Assembly (NCBI GenBank): GCA_964234715.1
Contig: OZ174280.1
DNA from: Podarcis melisellensis
Lineage: Eukaryota
Reading direction: 5' to 3' (one strand)
Length of the DNA: 64,000 nucleotides
The notes under the pieces are model-generated. The model had not been told where the DNA came from, ran no database searches, and was given only the letters and a program-made list of their open reading frames with translations. Positions within the stretch are counted from its first letter, which is position 1. The number at the start of each line of letters is the position of its first letter. Below are positions 23,041 through 36,589 of the stretch, in pieces. A program made the position numbers and the translations under genes.

Positions 23041-25698
23041 GGCTGGGTCACATCAAGCTCAATTCAAGGAGCCAAACTGGGGCATAAACTGGATCAGGGG
23101 GGAGGGCATACATAGTCCTATGAACCCCCACCACCCACAAATATCCCACCATGAAGGTCAGACACAACAATAACACACAAACTTCTCACCAAGTTCTTAC
23201 AAGAGGTCTACACTGTCCACATGCCAGACTAACTTCTGATCTTAAAGATGACGATAAAGACATCTTCCAAAGAGTCTCATCTTAAAGACTTACCTCTTCA
23301 AGGCATGATCAGAACAGGAACATAATGTCAGAATCAATCCTGAAACTAGACTACATCATGCAGAACAGCCAAATGAGCCGTCTCCAAGAGGGACTTTGAT
23401 CTGACAGGTATAAGGCTAGCGGTAATGAATTTAAATGTCTTTATCCAAATAAGAGCAATGAGAGAGAAGAGGCAGCACTAGAAAGTAAAAGGAAAAAGGA
23501 AAGAGAAGAAGCCTCAAACTGGTGCTCTAAAATAATGATTTATTGATGCATATAACATTTTAGAAGAAACTTCCTTGGGGAAATAGTCCTCAGTCAACTG
23601 CTCTGTCTGCTCTACTAAAGCAAAATTTTCCTGCTGAAGTTTTTTTTTTAAAAAAAATTGAAATTAATCAAATGAATTATTAATTTATTTTTTATTTTTT
23701 CAAAAAAGGACTCATGCATTCTCACAACAGCACTTCAGAAACAAAGCATCCTCAGACATGTAGTTTTGAGAGTACTTGATTTCCCCACTATTGTCATCTG
23801 TTCAGAGCAGGAATGCCAGCAGGAACACTTGAGGGACTGGGGAGAGGGCTCTGAAAAAACTGCCGCCCCATCCCAGTATCTCCTCCTGCTGCTGCCACCT
23901 TCTAGCACAGTAAAAACAGAAGCCAAATATGACCATTGTTGGAAATCATACACCACACTTGGTGTTCTTTTATCATGAGTGAAATTATCGTTATGATGGT
24001 AAAGCTCCACAGAGAGACCTTCTATTTGGTAGCCTCATTGCCACTGCCCAATAGGTTTTGGGAATGGAGAGGGCATGGCAGCTGTGGTGGGGAGTGATGG
24101 TGTCAAGGTGAGCTTGTTATAAGCCAGGCCCAACTTCAGTGGAGTTCATGATGAGCTGAGGGGAGGGTGTACTCTGAAATAGGCCCTTATGAACATCCAC
24201 ACCATCAATTTACAAACATCAGTACCATTGTTAAAGTGTGGAACTAAGGTTAAAAACAGATAAAAAAACAGAGTCATTCTACATGGATGAATTACAAAAG
24301 ACAAAAGAAATAAACAAATTCAACTGTAAAAGATAAAAAAATACCATAGTTGAGCAGGAACAGATAATTACATGTGATAAAAATCATAGAAATATGTAAT
24401 GCTAAGAGACTTTTTATTCTATTTTTTCCAATTAAGAAATTGCATGAACAGGAAATTAAGAAAGAATGTGTAAATGACTGAAGCAGAATTTGAAACGTTC
24501 ACTTACAAAGCAGGTACACTGGCGATGTTAATGATATACACATACTTCTTGAAATATTTAATTGCATAGATGGTTTTTATAAGGCTCAGAATAAAGACCT
24601 TAGCAGATACCTCAGGAGATGTGAACTTATCATTTGGTGGCTCTCTCTACAGGCAATGAAATTTTGAAACAATAAATGTACCCATGAATCCATTAGTGAT
24701 ATATGGATATATAAAAGGAACTGGAACAAAAATATATTGGGGAGTATCCAACTAACTTGTTTTATTGGCACAAAAATTTGAACTTATGCAACTAAAATAT
24801 CTCCTCCTTTCTTCTTGCTGCTCACCCCCTAAATCTGTTCTGAGGGTTACCCCCAAACCTCTGGACCAGATTTGGGGACAGTAGCTTTGCATGTAACAAG
24901 TGAAATCAAGGGCATGGCTTTTCCTCTATGTGAAAACATGTCTCAAAACCTTTTGCTGGAAGGGAACTGTGTGACAAGATGCACAAGCTGAAGCCACGTT
25001 TTGAGCACGAAGAGGATACAAGGGTGAGAAGTATATCAGAAGTGAAACAGAAGCTCTTGAAGCTCCTATTGTTTTCTTTAAAAACAACAACAAAAAGCAA
25101 AATGCTTATAGTATTTGCAGTGATTTGCAGTCTGGCAAAGGTACCAGACACTGCAGATAGCACACAAAGTATCAGCTTGTGCTCTCTTTAGCTTGGTACC
25201 CAGGGCTCACACCCCAGCTCTCCCACTCTTAAGGCCAACCCTGAAAAATACTCTAGACATGATATATCATGGCAGAACCCCACAATGCTGCCTGGCTGAG
25301 GTGAATGAAATGGTCACATTTAATGTCTGGTTTATTTACTTTCTGTTGTTGTTGTTTTTCCTCTCAAGGTAATTCTTGTCTGCATCATTGATTTAAAAAA
25401 CACACTCATTTCTTCTTTCTTCTTCTTCTTTGCTCCCTTGGGAGAAGAGACAGGGACATTCTGTTTACAATGCTGTTCAGGCTGTCTCCAATTGAAAGGT
25501 TTCTGATCCCCTCTCTTCAGACGCCTGGCAGCTGGGATGTGGGAGGGTGGCCATTTTTCTGTCTCTCATCTTCCCTCTCTTGCCTCCCTCAGCTCCATTC
25601 TCTGAAACACTCCAGCAGCAGGACAATGCAGCACATTTGCTATTAGAACATTAAAATTCTTACTTTTAGTGCATCCCTGAATATCTTCAACAGTTTCC

Positions 25699-25843
25699 AG
25701 GACTGTGCACACACCATACATTTAAGGCACATTATTTCCCACAAAGAATTCTTAGAACTGCAGTTTACCCCTAGCACCCATACAGTTCCTGGGATTCTTT
25801 GTGGGAATAATGTGCATTAAATGTATAGAGTTTCAACACAGCC
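25699..25843. mobile_element. Palindromic MITE (Harbinger-like)
   Basis: Arms ATACATTTAAGGCACATTATTTCCCACAAAGAATTCTTAGAACTG and CAGTTCCTGGGATTCTTTGTGGGAATAATGTGCATTAAATGTAT, ending GCC|TAA. Confidence 0.7.
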
Positions 25844-26554
25844 TAAGCCTTGTAGAGTTTAAGCCACTTCTGGGTAATCTCTATGGTCTCTATGGGTGTC
25901 CAGCTGCTCCTGCCCCCAAATTTCCCAATGGAAACTTTTGAAACAAAATTGCAAATGGTGTCCCTGACCAAGTTGTGAGGGGGGAGTCCCCTCCTGGCCC
26001 AAACAGGGAAAGACAAATTATTAGCCGGTGTGTATCTCCTTTTTTCTTCCTATGGCTGAGGCCAGTTGAGCTTTCCAGTTGGAAAGCTCTGGGACTGAAT
26101 ACTTCACCTCTTTCCAGACAAAAATAGATGGCCAGCCTGTGAGGATGTTTAGGGGTGGGGGGCAAATGCATGTTTCACATCTTCAGGCTCCCCTGGCTAT
26201 TGAAATTTTATGTAATGCAGGGAGAGAACATCTGGATGAGTGGGACAGGTGGGCAATAGACGTTCCAAAATGGCAGGGCATGAGGTAAAAGCAGTAAAGG
26301 AGCTGCTGAGAAAAATAACCAGGAGCAAAATCACATTGGGAAGAATTCACTGCAGCACTAAGGAGATCGCTCCAGCAGTGCAAGCATTTGTTTGCCTGAT
26401 GAAAAGATCTCCCCACTCCTCCCATTACATGCTGCTTTGGGGGTTCACCTGACCCCCCCAGTCAATTTGAGGAGATCTATAGAGGTGAGGGGGTGGAAAT
26501 TCCTATTGCATTAACAGAAGCTGTTGCACAGGAAGAGACTATTTAGGAAGGTGG

Positions 26555-26687
26555 TTATTGCAGGTTTTTAAACAGAGGTTGAATGGCGATCTGTTAGAGA
26601 TACTTTAGCTGTTACTCATGCGTTGCATGGGGTTGGACAAATGACCCTTGGGATGCCTTCCAAGTCTACAGCTCTATGAATCTATGA
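26555..26687 (+). mobile_element. CR1 extreme 3' end
   Basis: GTTTTTAAACAGAGGTTG (VFKQRL), GGGGTTGGAC..ATGACC, and TCTATGAATCTATGA tail. Confidence 0.75.
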
Positions 26688-26734
26688 CCAGTTAGTTGTT
26701 TTTATCATGACACATACTCACTTGCATCCACTCG

Positions 26735-26860
26735 TTACAGCATGAGGCTCTTAATCTCAGGGTCATGGGTTTGAGCTCTACATTGGGTGAATGAATCCTG
26801 CAGGGGGTTGGACTAGATGAGTCTTGTGGCCTCTCCCAACTCTACAAGTCTGTGGTTCTT
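26735..26860 (+). mobile_element. tRNA-Lys(CTT)-derived SINE with CR1-type tail
   Basis: AGCATGAGGCTCTTAATCTCAGGGTCATGGGTTTGAGC..CATTGGGTG is a decayed tRNA-Lys, followed by GGGGGTTGGACTAGATGA..CCAACTCTACA. Confidence 0.75.
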
Positions 26861-27116
26861 CTGGAGGGCTTGAGGTGGGAGAGGAAAGGATACATTGAAA
26901 GGGATAGGAAACAGTGCTGGAAGTCTTGAGTGGTGAAGGGGAAGCATTAAAATGGCAGGCAAATAGGGGGGGGGCAGGTTGGTCATTTTACCTATGCATG
27001 CAAACACGACAATTTACCTATACAGGTGAACATGACTATAGTGTTTTGTGTGGCTTGTCTCTTGAAAAGACATTCCTGATCGGTCATTGAACCTCCCCTT
27101 GAAACTCCCCTTGAAA

Positions 27117-27360
27117 GAGAGTCAGTGTGGTGTAGTGGTTAAGAGCGGTAGACTCGTAATCTGGGGAACTGAGTTCGCGTCCCCGCTCCTCCACATCCAG
27201 CTGCTGGGTGACCTTGGGCTAGTCACACTTCTCTCAGCCCCACTCACCTCACAGAGTGTTTGTTGTGGGGGGGGGAAGGGAAAGGAGAATGTTAGCTGCT
27301 TTGAGACTCCTTCGGGTAGTGATAAAGCGGGATATCAAATCCAAACTCTTCTTCTCTTCT
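27117..27360 (+). mobile_element. Squam3-like SINE, near full length
   Basis: Head GTGTGGTGTAGTGGTTAAGAGC, B-box-like GAGTTCGCGTCCC, GGGTGACCTTGGGCTAGTCAC, and (CTT)n tail. Confidence 0.85.
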
Positions 27361-29424
27361 CATTTTTTTCTCTGGATGTGGGTCACTCCACAGACCAGTG
27401 GGAACCAGTTACGGTATTAGTTTCTGCCTATGTAACAAGCCAAGGGGAAGTGGGAAGAGGACTCATCATGTAATCACAGAGCATAATCTCCTTCCCTCTT
27501 CCTCTTAAGTCTCATTTTCAAAATGGCAGCTAGCCATCTGTGCTGCTTTTGCTACAATCTCAGTAAAACCACCACTTGGAGCTATGTGGGTGGATTGTTA
27601 TGTGCACTTGCACTTTTAAATCCAAGCTGTGATTTTCCTGAGAAATTGGCAGCAGCCTGGGTTAGCTACCTAGGCTCCATCCAGGGCCAGAATTTTTTTT
27701 TGGGGGGGGGGACACAGGGAAGCAGAGAGGCAATGTGTTTCATTTGCCCCTCCCTCAAAGCAGCTTCTGTGGGGTTCTAGACTTGGGCCCCAAAGTCTGG
27801 GTCTAGTGCCACCACTGAGGGTGAAGATTCTGGCATATTGATTCACAAGTTTAGCATGAAATCTCAAAGAGGCCAGAAACCCCCTTAACTAAGATCACTC
27901 ATAGGAAACTTCTTCCTTATTTGGTATTTAAGCAAGGAAAGGTTCGTTTCACTAACAAGTGTCTTTTTTTAGGAATGTAATGTTCTTGCCCTAGTGACCT
28001 CTTGTATTGTTAGCCCCATCTGTCAAGGGAAAGAAGGTGAAGCCATTCAGATTTCTCATATACATGTCAATGTCTTTACCCATTATTCATGGAAAGGTTG
28101 AGGTATTAACTGTCTTGCATAAATTTCTCTGCATATTAAATAAGGCCATAAATAAGCAATAAGCGGAGATTTAAGGGTCTGATTTATTGGTTTAAAGAAA
28201 GGGAAGAACATCCAAGCAAGGTTACATTGTAATCGTTGCCTGAGTTTCCCTCTTATTTCTCCATGTTCCTCCCATTCCAGTTCCGGGTGGCCTGAAACCA
28301 CATTGCAAACAACAAATGCTTAAGCAAAAGGTAATATATATCAAAGGAACCTACAATTCTTTAGGGGGAGAAATCCAATTTCTTAATACAGTATGACTAT
28401 AACCTGACTCTCTGGAACAATTGCTCCTTAGCCGAGGGCACCTTTGCTCTCCTGTAACTTAGCAACAAATGCTAAGCAACACATTGTTTGTAATCACCGC
28501 TCAGGTCTGGCTTTTATCTAGTGAGGAGCCACTTATTTAAAAACCAATCTATATACAAAAACACCATCCCTCCAAGGAGATGAAACAAGTCGTTGTTCAT
28601 TTTAACTGGCTTTGAGGGAGTTCTTACTTCTCGCTCCCCTCCTATTTTTCTTCTTCAAAAACATTGAAAAAACTAATGTCAAATAAACCAGATGGCAACT
28701 GGGAGTTTTAAAGGCGGATTTGACATAATGCACCAATTAGTGAATTAGTAAACTTTTTATCTCCATAGGTGACAGCAAAAAGGGACAAGCACTATCAAAT
28801 TCAGCATGAAAGACACTGGATGTCAAGCAAAAGTGGTGTCTGTGCGAGACATTCTGAGTTTCAGCAAGGTTGCCACAGGTGACCAATGTCTGAAGATGAC
28901 TAATCAACCTGTCAAACATAGAGGAATCCTAGGGAGGGAGAATTTGCTTCACTCACTCCTTTCTCTGGGCGCTCAAATTATTATACCAGCTTCTGAAATA
29001 TGCCTCTGTCAAGTACCCCACATTGTCAGGAAAGTTTCAATATTTAGCTTTATTAGCTAAAACTGTCATGCTTCCCCTCATTTATCATTCCGAGTTCCAT
29101 CTGTTCAGGCCTAACAATCAGCCCGAACCTCTCAACCCTTGGAGAGCAGGAGTGGCATCTGCAAAGTGCTAGATGTCTCTGACTGAAGGAATGCTTAAAG
29201 GCTATTATTGCTGTGAAACTGTGAGGAAAGGGACCCCTAACCTATTTAACATATGTAACCCCAGAATCTTTTTGCAAAGCACGGTTAAAGCTATGAATAT
29301 ATTTCAGAATGTTATGAAACTGGCCGTCACATGGAGCCTATTTCATGACAGGTAAAAGGAATAGGAACTTTCAGCTGTTTGTTTCTCTCACAGTATCCTC
29401 ATTTCTCACCTTATGTTTTAGAGA

Positions 29425-29553
29425 AGGGCTGAGGGACCTGCGCTCTGCAACTTCTACTGGACTGCAAACATCACCCCCAGCTTTGGTCATGCTGAGTGGT
29501 TCAGGACTGGTGGGAGTTTGAAGTCCAGCAACCTTGGGAGAGCCATAGCCCCT
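29425..29553. mobile_element. hAT-type MITE, degenerate (family of 6362 and 45769)
   Basis: GGACTGCAAACATCACCCCCAG..GGTCATGCTG..GGGAGTTTGAAGTCCAGCAACCTTGGGAG. Confidence 0.5.
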
Positions 29554-29637
29554 AGCTTTAGAGCCTAACTAGATATTATGTGGGTTTGGGAGTACCATGA
29601 CTGGATCTCCTGTGGTTATTCTCTTATTTTCAAAGTA

Positions 29638-29874
29638 CATGGTACCTCAATTTTTGAACGTAATCCATTCTGGAAGACAGTTTGAATTCCAAAATGTTTG
29701 AAAACTGAAAACTCAGTATAGAAGCCTCAAAATGGAAAACTCAATATGGAAGCTGTGTTTCATGTTCGACTTCTGAGGCGTGTTCAAAAACCAAAGCATT
29801 TACTTCCGGGTTTACGGCGTTTGAAAACTGAAATTTTCGTCAAACGAAGATGTTTGAAAACCGAGGTGCCACTG
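29638..29874. mobile_element. Tc1/mariner (Tigger-like) MITE
   Basis: TA|CATGGTACCTC and GAGGTGCCACTG|TA termini, with internal GTTTGAAAAC repeats. Confidence 0.8.
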
Positions 29875-29919
29875 TACCAGCAGTTAGGAGGCCACTTTGA
29901 AATAGGCCTGTAGTATTAA

Positions 29920-30270
29920 GGGACGTGGGTGGCACTGTGGTCTAAACCACAGAGCCTAGGGCTTGCCGATCAGAAGGTTGCCGGTTCAAATCCCTGCGAC
30001 GGGGTGAGCTCCCGATGCTCAGTCCCTGCTTCTGCCAACCTAGCAGTTCGAAAGCATGTCAAAGTGCAAGTAGATAAATAGATACCGCTCTGGCGAGAAG
30101 TAAACATCGTTTCTGTGCGCTGCTCTGGTTTCGCCAGAAGCAGCTTAGTCATGTTGGCCACATGACCCGGAAGCTGTACACTGGCTCCCTGGGCCAGTAA
30201 AGCGAGATGAGCGCTGCAATCCCAGAGTAGTCCACAACTGGAACTTTCAGTCAGGGGTACCTTTACCTTT
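29920..30270 (+). mobile_element. Sauria SINE (Squam1), full length
   Basis: Head GGGACGTGGGTGGCACTGTGG, B-box GGTTCAAATCCC, and (ACCTTT)2 tail. Confidence 0.95.
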
Positions 30271-31458
30271 ATTATCAGGGGAGAGTTAGACCTTTTTCAT
30301 CCATGCCATGGCCTTGATTCAAGCCAGAGGCCCCACAACTGTGTTTAGCAGAAAGACACACTGGGAGACTGCAAACCTCCTGCATATCATCTAGTCTGGT
30401 GCTTACTTTTGGATTTGCCAGCAACCTGCAGGTGGGCTGTTTCTTGAACATTTAACCAGATAGGTTCGCACAGAGGATGTATGGCATTGCCTGCTAGTGG
30501 TTGTTATCTCACACTTTCCTGGTGCAATTTCCCATCACTTTTCTTACTGGATTTTTGTTAGTCTGGTGACAGGAGAATTGTAACCAGAAAGCATGGGGTA
30601 ACAGACAACCACATTTTGTATGAATAAACCACCTAGGATTGAATGTGGGACTTTCTGCACACAGAGAAGCTCTACCACTGAGCTGCACACATTTATTCAT
30701 GAGTTTTCTTAGTAAATGATAAATGAGGAGTTCTGCCATCATAGGAAGGGCAATGAAAAATACAGATTCCAACAAGAGTTGCTGCATAGCTGAAGAAAAA
30801 CGGTGGGTTCTGACTGGGATGCAGTGGTAAAATCACTCTCCAGAGTTATTTATGGGAAGATTCCTATTCCACTCTTCTAGTGCTATACACTAGTCTCAGT
30901 AGGATGGTAACAAAGTGGCAAAGAGTCTAACATCCAGTATTCTGCTCTATTCACATGGTTGCAATATTCACACACTTTGTGGTGGTCATTCCATGAGGAA
31001 ATGGCTTCCATGCTACAAAGTGTATGCCTATATGTGAAAGGGCTTGTGGGAGCTGGGTCACACATATGCCTTCTGTGGGAATGCTGCCCCAACCCATTTC
31101 CTGGGGTGAGTGACTTGTAACATGGGGAGTCCTAGTCACATGGATTTGTGCCAAAATTGAGAGTCTTCATACTGCAGCATTTGGAATCGAGAGGCTGTCC
31201 ACATGATGACATTGATCCATGTGGAAAGGCCTTTTCCTTGTTACTGCCATGACATCGCTTGCTATATAGGTTTGTTCACATTACACAGAATGCAGGCATA
31301 AGTTGTCTCTAAACATGTGCAGGTGCATTTGTGAAAGAGTGTACCCTTATGGATTTGTGCAGCTCAGCTATTGTGTACATAGGTACATAGGCTGTATGCT
31401 TGTTGAAAATTATGTATGTACGACTGTAGCAGTGTACAGCTCAAACTATTTGTGTCTA

Positions 31459-31819
31459 AGGTAAAGGTAAAGGTACCCCTGCCCGTACGGACCAGTCTTG
31501 CCAGACTCTGGGGTTGTGCGCCCATCTCACTCAAGAGGCCAGGGGCCAGCACTGTCCAAAGACACTTCTGGGTCACGTGGCCAGCGTGACATCGCTGCTC
31601 TGGTGATCCAGAGCTGCACACGGAAACGCCGTTTACCTTCCCGCTAGAAAGCGGTCCCTATTTATCTACTTGCACTTGACGTGCTTTCGAACTGCTAGGT
31701 TGGCAGGCGCTGGGACCGAGCAACGGGAGCGCACCCCGCCGCGGGGATTCGAACCGCCAACCTTTCGATCGGCAAGCCCTAGGCGCTGAGGCTTTTACCC
31801 ACAGCGCCACCCGCGTCCC
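31459..31819 (-). mobile_element. Sauria SINE, young full-length copy with 10-bp TSD
   Basis: TSD TTTGTGTCTA at 31449-31458 and 31820-31829. CpG-rich head, perfect B-box GGTTCGAATCCC and (ACCTTT)n tail. Confidence 0.97.
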
Positions 31820-31916
31820 TTTGTGTCTAGAGGTACACATATTGCACACTTGGTGAATGTGACATGTGAACATCCAATTGGGAGAAGTTTTCCAAAGTGG
31901 GTGTAAAGACGACTGC

Positions 31917-32049
31917 ATAAATTGTGGGACTCCAAGGGTCATCTAGTCCAACTCCCTGCAATGCAGGAATATGGAGGTGGCCCATATGGGGGTCAAACCT
32001 GTGACCTTGGCATTATCAGTACCACACTCTAACCAACTGAGCTAACTGG
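31917..32049 (-). mobile_element. tRNA-Ile-derived SINE with CR1-type tail
   Basis: Minus strand CCAGTTAGCTCAGTTGGTTAGAGTGTGGTACTGATAATGCCAAGGTCACAGGTTTGACCCCCATATGGGCCA, then ATTCCTGCATTGCAGGGAGTTGGACTAGATGACC. Confidence 0.8.
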
Positions 32050-33977
32050 TGTCCTCTGAAGATAACTGATTGGGGGCTCATACTTGTCTTATATGTTCCA
32101 AAGGTTGGAGAGTTGTCTCCCATCCTCCTACCCAAAAAGACATATTCTGTTAAACTTGGAGAAAACCTGGCATAGATCATCACAATGTTTTCTTGTCTCC
32201 CTTTATTATCTCTGACTTCTCTTAGCACTGAACAGGCTAAAAGTGCCAAGTTTAAAATCTGATCACTCCATGCAGGCACTGAGGTGCTTCTGACTTCCTA
32301 GCAAAGTAGTTCTGAACCTCTTTTACTTTCCTCCTGCATATAATGATGCACTCGCCTCCCTTCATATTATTGCTCTTTAAATATTTATGCAGTTCATTCT
32401 TCATTTGGGGATGCCTTTATCAGAGAGAAGCCAAAATACGTTTGAAAATTTCCTTCCTGAAGGACTGTGAAACATCTGCAGGAAATCGCTCTCCAAAGTC
32501 TGGCTGAATTTCTGGAGCTTTATAACTTCATTTGGAAGCACATTCTCTGCCCTTTTCCACACACATAACTCCCTTGAACACCTGATCATTTAATGAAAGC
32601 TACCTGAATTCCTGTTTTACCAGTTTCACACAGATTGGTGCAATTTGTTCTTTACCATTTGATAGCCGTAGACTTTACAAGTCCCAGATCGTGACACAAG
32701 TTGATTGGCAGATATGCGGTTCTGAATGTTCTAATTGTCTCTCAAGACCTCCAAATACCCAGCAGTGTGTGCAGCTGAGGCACCTGAACTTCATAGTCAA
32801 GAGCACTGAAGTGTGTGCAGAGATCTAGCAGAAGCTCTGACCTCTTTGGAAGTAGAAAAATGTTCATGCTGAGTATGGTACTCCCTACTTGGGAACATTA
32901 GTGTTCTTTCTTCACATTTGTTTTAAGCATAAATATGTAGCCTAGTTCATCTCATTTTCATATAATTTATACTCTTTGTTAAAAATCTCCCTTTTAGCCT
33001 TCATTTTCATTCCCTTGTTTTTTAAATCCTATTTGTAATTGGTTAATGATTTAGTGACTGTTAGTTTTGCATTTCCCTCTCTCTCACTAAAAACTCCCAA
33101 AACACAGTAAAAAAAGAAAAGAAAGACTGAAGAGGAACAACAGAGGGTTGTTGCCCCTATTAATCTCGGGGCATGGATTTTCAATCTTATGCACAAGTAC
33201 TCCCTTCTCATAAGTAAGTGAATTAAATTAAACTGGATTTTGCTGCCTGGAAGACTACATTTCATTGCTTTGGAACACCAACATCTCCAAGTCCCGTTCC
33301 CCCCCCCCCCCATTTTACAGTATACATCCTTATGTAGCACATAATACCTGAATGAGTCCACTTCCTATCCCTACTACATGGAGATTATTTCAGGGCAAAA
33401 TATATTTTTCATCCATGCAAACTGTAATGCTCTGAAACTGAACAGCTGAAGGAATTTGGTAAAGAATTAGTGGCTCAGCTATGACTCTGTAGCGACTTCA
33501 GGTTATAGCCACATGAAACTCGGGAGAGCAACTTCAGTGGAGTTTTTTAACCACAGCAGATGGGCTGACTCTATCAGCCAACAGCTGTTTCTGCTCATGG
33601 GGGCCCCGTTACAAACAAGGAGCATGGCAAAATTGAACCAACAATTAAAATCTCCTCGACCCTGTGTTTAAGGCTATTTTGAGGAGTCAGAGGATGATAT
33701 GTCAATGCAAATGTGTCATTGTTAGGAAAGGGGTGGAGATTCCATTGGCTACAGCTGCTGTAAATTGCTAAGCTGTTGGCATTCACATCCTACGATTCAA
33801 ATATATATGTACACAGACATATACACACATAGCAGAAACTTTTGTTAAACTGCAAAAAATAAGGGAAAGTTGGATGCTAGTGCCAGAGTTTGTTTGTAGG
33901 ATTCTTCCTGGTATAGCTGACTTCCATTGAGATCTTGACTGGGGAGGTCAGAAAGATGCATATTTGTCTCACTACAC

Positions 33978-34335
33978 TGGTCTGGTTCACACATCAGAGT
34001 AAGCCAGAGTATAGGTCAATGTGACTGCAGATACCTGCTTTGCTCCTCCCTGAGCTCTTTAGCAAGCAGCAGCTAAGTCATCTGAACCTGGGATCGTGGT
34101 TAAGGTCTCTTCTCCTAAACCACAACATGTAACCACAGGACAGATGTTGACTAAAGATCCTTCACTTAGCTGCTGTGCCACACTGACGGAGAAAGTCTGG
34201 GAAGGAGCAAAGAGGCTGCAGTCTCCTCTTTGGGAGCCAGCATATTCATGCTAAAGCATGGTTTGGCTTAGTGTAACACGGGATCATGGTTAAGGTCTCT
34301 CCTCCTTAACTGTGATCTGTAGCCAAGGTTTGGCA
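33978..34335. mobile_element. Degenerate MITE with internal ~45-bp duplication
   Basis: GGGATCRTGGTTAAGGTCTCT..CCT.AAC at about 34090 and about 34280, with GGTTCACACAT and GGTTTGGCTTAGTGT termini. Confidence 0.45.
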
Positions 34336-36589
34336 TTTGATTCTATGCTAAGTGTGCCCCACTGTGCCTGATCTGAAGACTGTGTAATCTAGTATTTACA
34401 TGAGTATTAACTTAAACAGAAATTTGATCCCACATATTCTACACATTCTTTAAATTCCACATATTCTCTTTCAACGTCTTGGATTTCATTTGTCTATAAC
34501 AATATGCAACTACTCTTTTAGGACCTGGATCATCATGGCCAGCAATACCAGAACATGCAGTCCAAATACTCTGCTTGGCAATATATGTTCACATTTCATT
34601 TTTTTAAAAGTACATTATATGCACCATAACCCAGTACCATTCAACTCCTGATTCTGCATTGTCCTAACATTGGCACAAAGTGGTGATAGAACAGTCAATT
34701 CTCACCAAGATGTTCCATACAGAGAAATATATTGGCACCTAGATGGTCATTGAGAGTTAACAGAGCAATGGCTTGCAAAACTTCAGTACCATCTAACCGT
34801 TAATGAGCATCAAGGTTTAGCTAGGCACAGTGTCTCTACTTCCATCCCTTGGAGACCTTTTCTAGAATATGACCTACCTGTGTTGGATCTTTCTGTGGAC
34901 TGTGCTATTTGTTACTGTTCTCAAAGGTTCAGACCACCTGTACACTGCAGGGATCCTCAAGGGATGCTTTTGGAAGTTGCTGTTTGGATATGTCATGGAA
35001 AGCTTACAGGGCACACCAGTCAGGAAGCTAGATAAGAACCTTATCGCCTCGCTCTAACAAGACCAGAATAATAACAGGAAGCTTCTGATTTAACCCAGAT
35101 ATAACTAAGCTGAGTGTCCCCAGCACAATCTACACAGGGTGGCTCTTACTTGGTGGTGCTGATGATGGTGGTGCTCCTTGCCCATTCCCTGCCACATTTA
35201 CACCTCTGCTTTCTTTTATTCAGTAAACAACCAGGTCTTTAGAACCTGCTTAAATGAGGGAAGGAGTTCTGTAGTAATGGGTCCACTGCTGAAAAGGCGC
35301 CATCTCTTGTGCTTCTCAGCCTGATGCACCTTTTCTTGTGTGAATGGCAGACAACATTTTAGCACTAAGGATGTACTCTTCTTCTACCATGCTGCAGCTC
35401 CCTCTCAGCAGGTTCTGATACTGGCAATGAATCAGAGATATTCTCATATAGCAATTGACTGCTCCTGAGCATATCTGTGGACAAGGAGGTTGGACCTCAG
35501 ATCCTCCAGACAGATGGTTGCCACTGTCAAAGCTTCCATTGATCTGGCAATGCATAGGCAGCTGCCAATCCAGTGTCAGAAATTACAGCCTTGGGTACTT
35601 GATGCGGAAGTCCAATCCCAGAAACTGCATAAACAACATCCTTCTGGGTATCTGATTCCTGATGCACCTTTTGAGGAACTTATGAAAGTCTGCTATCAAG
35701 CATATATTGCAGGATGAGGGTTTTCTCTCAGATGCCATTACTGCATTTCTTCAATATCCATTGTTTGATAAAATGTCTTGGTTAAAAATCCTGTGTTTGC
35801 TATGAATGCAGTATAACCTCAAAGTTCAATTCAAAATTCTAGACACTGCAAATCCACAGCTTTTAAATCCATTTTTTGTGAACTGTTGTTACACATTTAT
35901 TCACCTTTCTTGAATGCAAGATACTTGACCTGCAGATCTGACATTTTAAATGTGGCTTCATTAGTGCTATGGGCTGGGGGGAAAATTAACATTGGATGCA
36001 CTTAAAATAGATCTGTCAAGCTGAAGTAGTCAAATTGGTACTTTTCATGTGCTCTCGCAGTAAGTATAGAAACGAAATGATATTACAATGAAATATACAA
36101 ATGTTTGCTGTAAATACTAGTGACATTTCCTGATTCCCTCACTGATAATCAGATTTTTATTCAGGGCAATTGTGCTGAAATTATTTACTGGTAAGATATC
36201 CATGAGTCATTTATTTTCTGTGGCATTTTCTCTTGGTTAAAGTAGCACGAGAAAAGATTTCTTAATTAGATCATCCATTCTTGGGCTTTGAAATAACCGA
36301 AGTGAAAATGTGCATTACGATTAGTACCATTTAGAATTTTCTTCACCGCATTTTGAAAGCTCAGAGGGGATACAAGACGACCATTAAAAAGCTCTACAGA
36401 GTGTAATAATACCAAAATATCAAATAGTTCTACAGAACATCTTAAGCCCTGCATCTAGAAAGCTCAATTCATTCAACTGTCTCTACCACATATGAACATA
36501 AGAAGAACCGGGTTAAACCATGTCAAAGGCCCATCTTGTCTGGTGCTCTGTGCTCACATTTCAAGACCTTCAACTATCTTTCTACAGTG

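Noticed and set aside
23735-24060. Faint resemblance of the minus-strand translation to a Harbinger transposase N-terminus
   Set aside because: Only scattered residues match, with no DDE motifs. Indistinguishable from chance.
31975-32049. tRNA-Ile-like sequence, and tRNA-Lys-like sequences at about 26740 and 63380-63436, as real tRNA genes
   Set aside because: Stems are mutated or truncated and each is fused to a CR1-type tail, so these are SINE heads.
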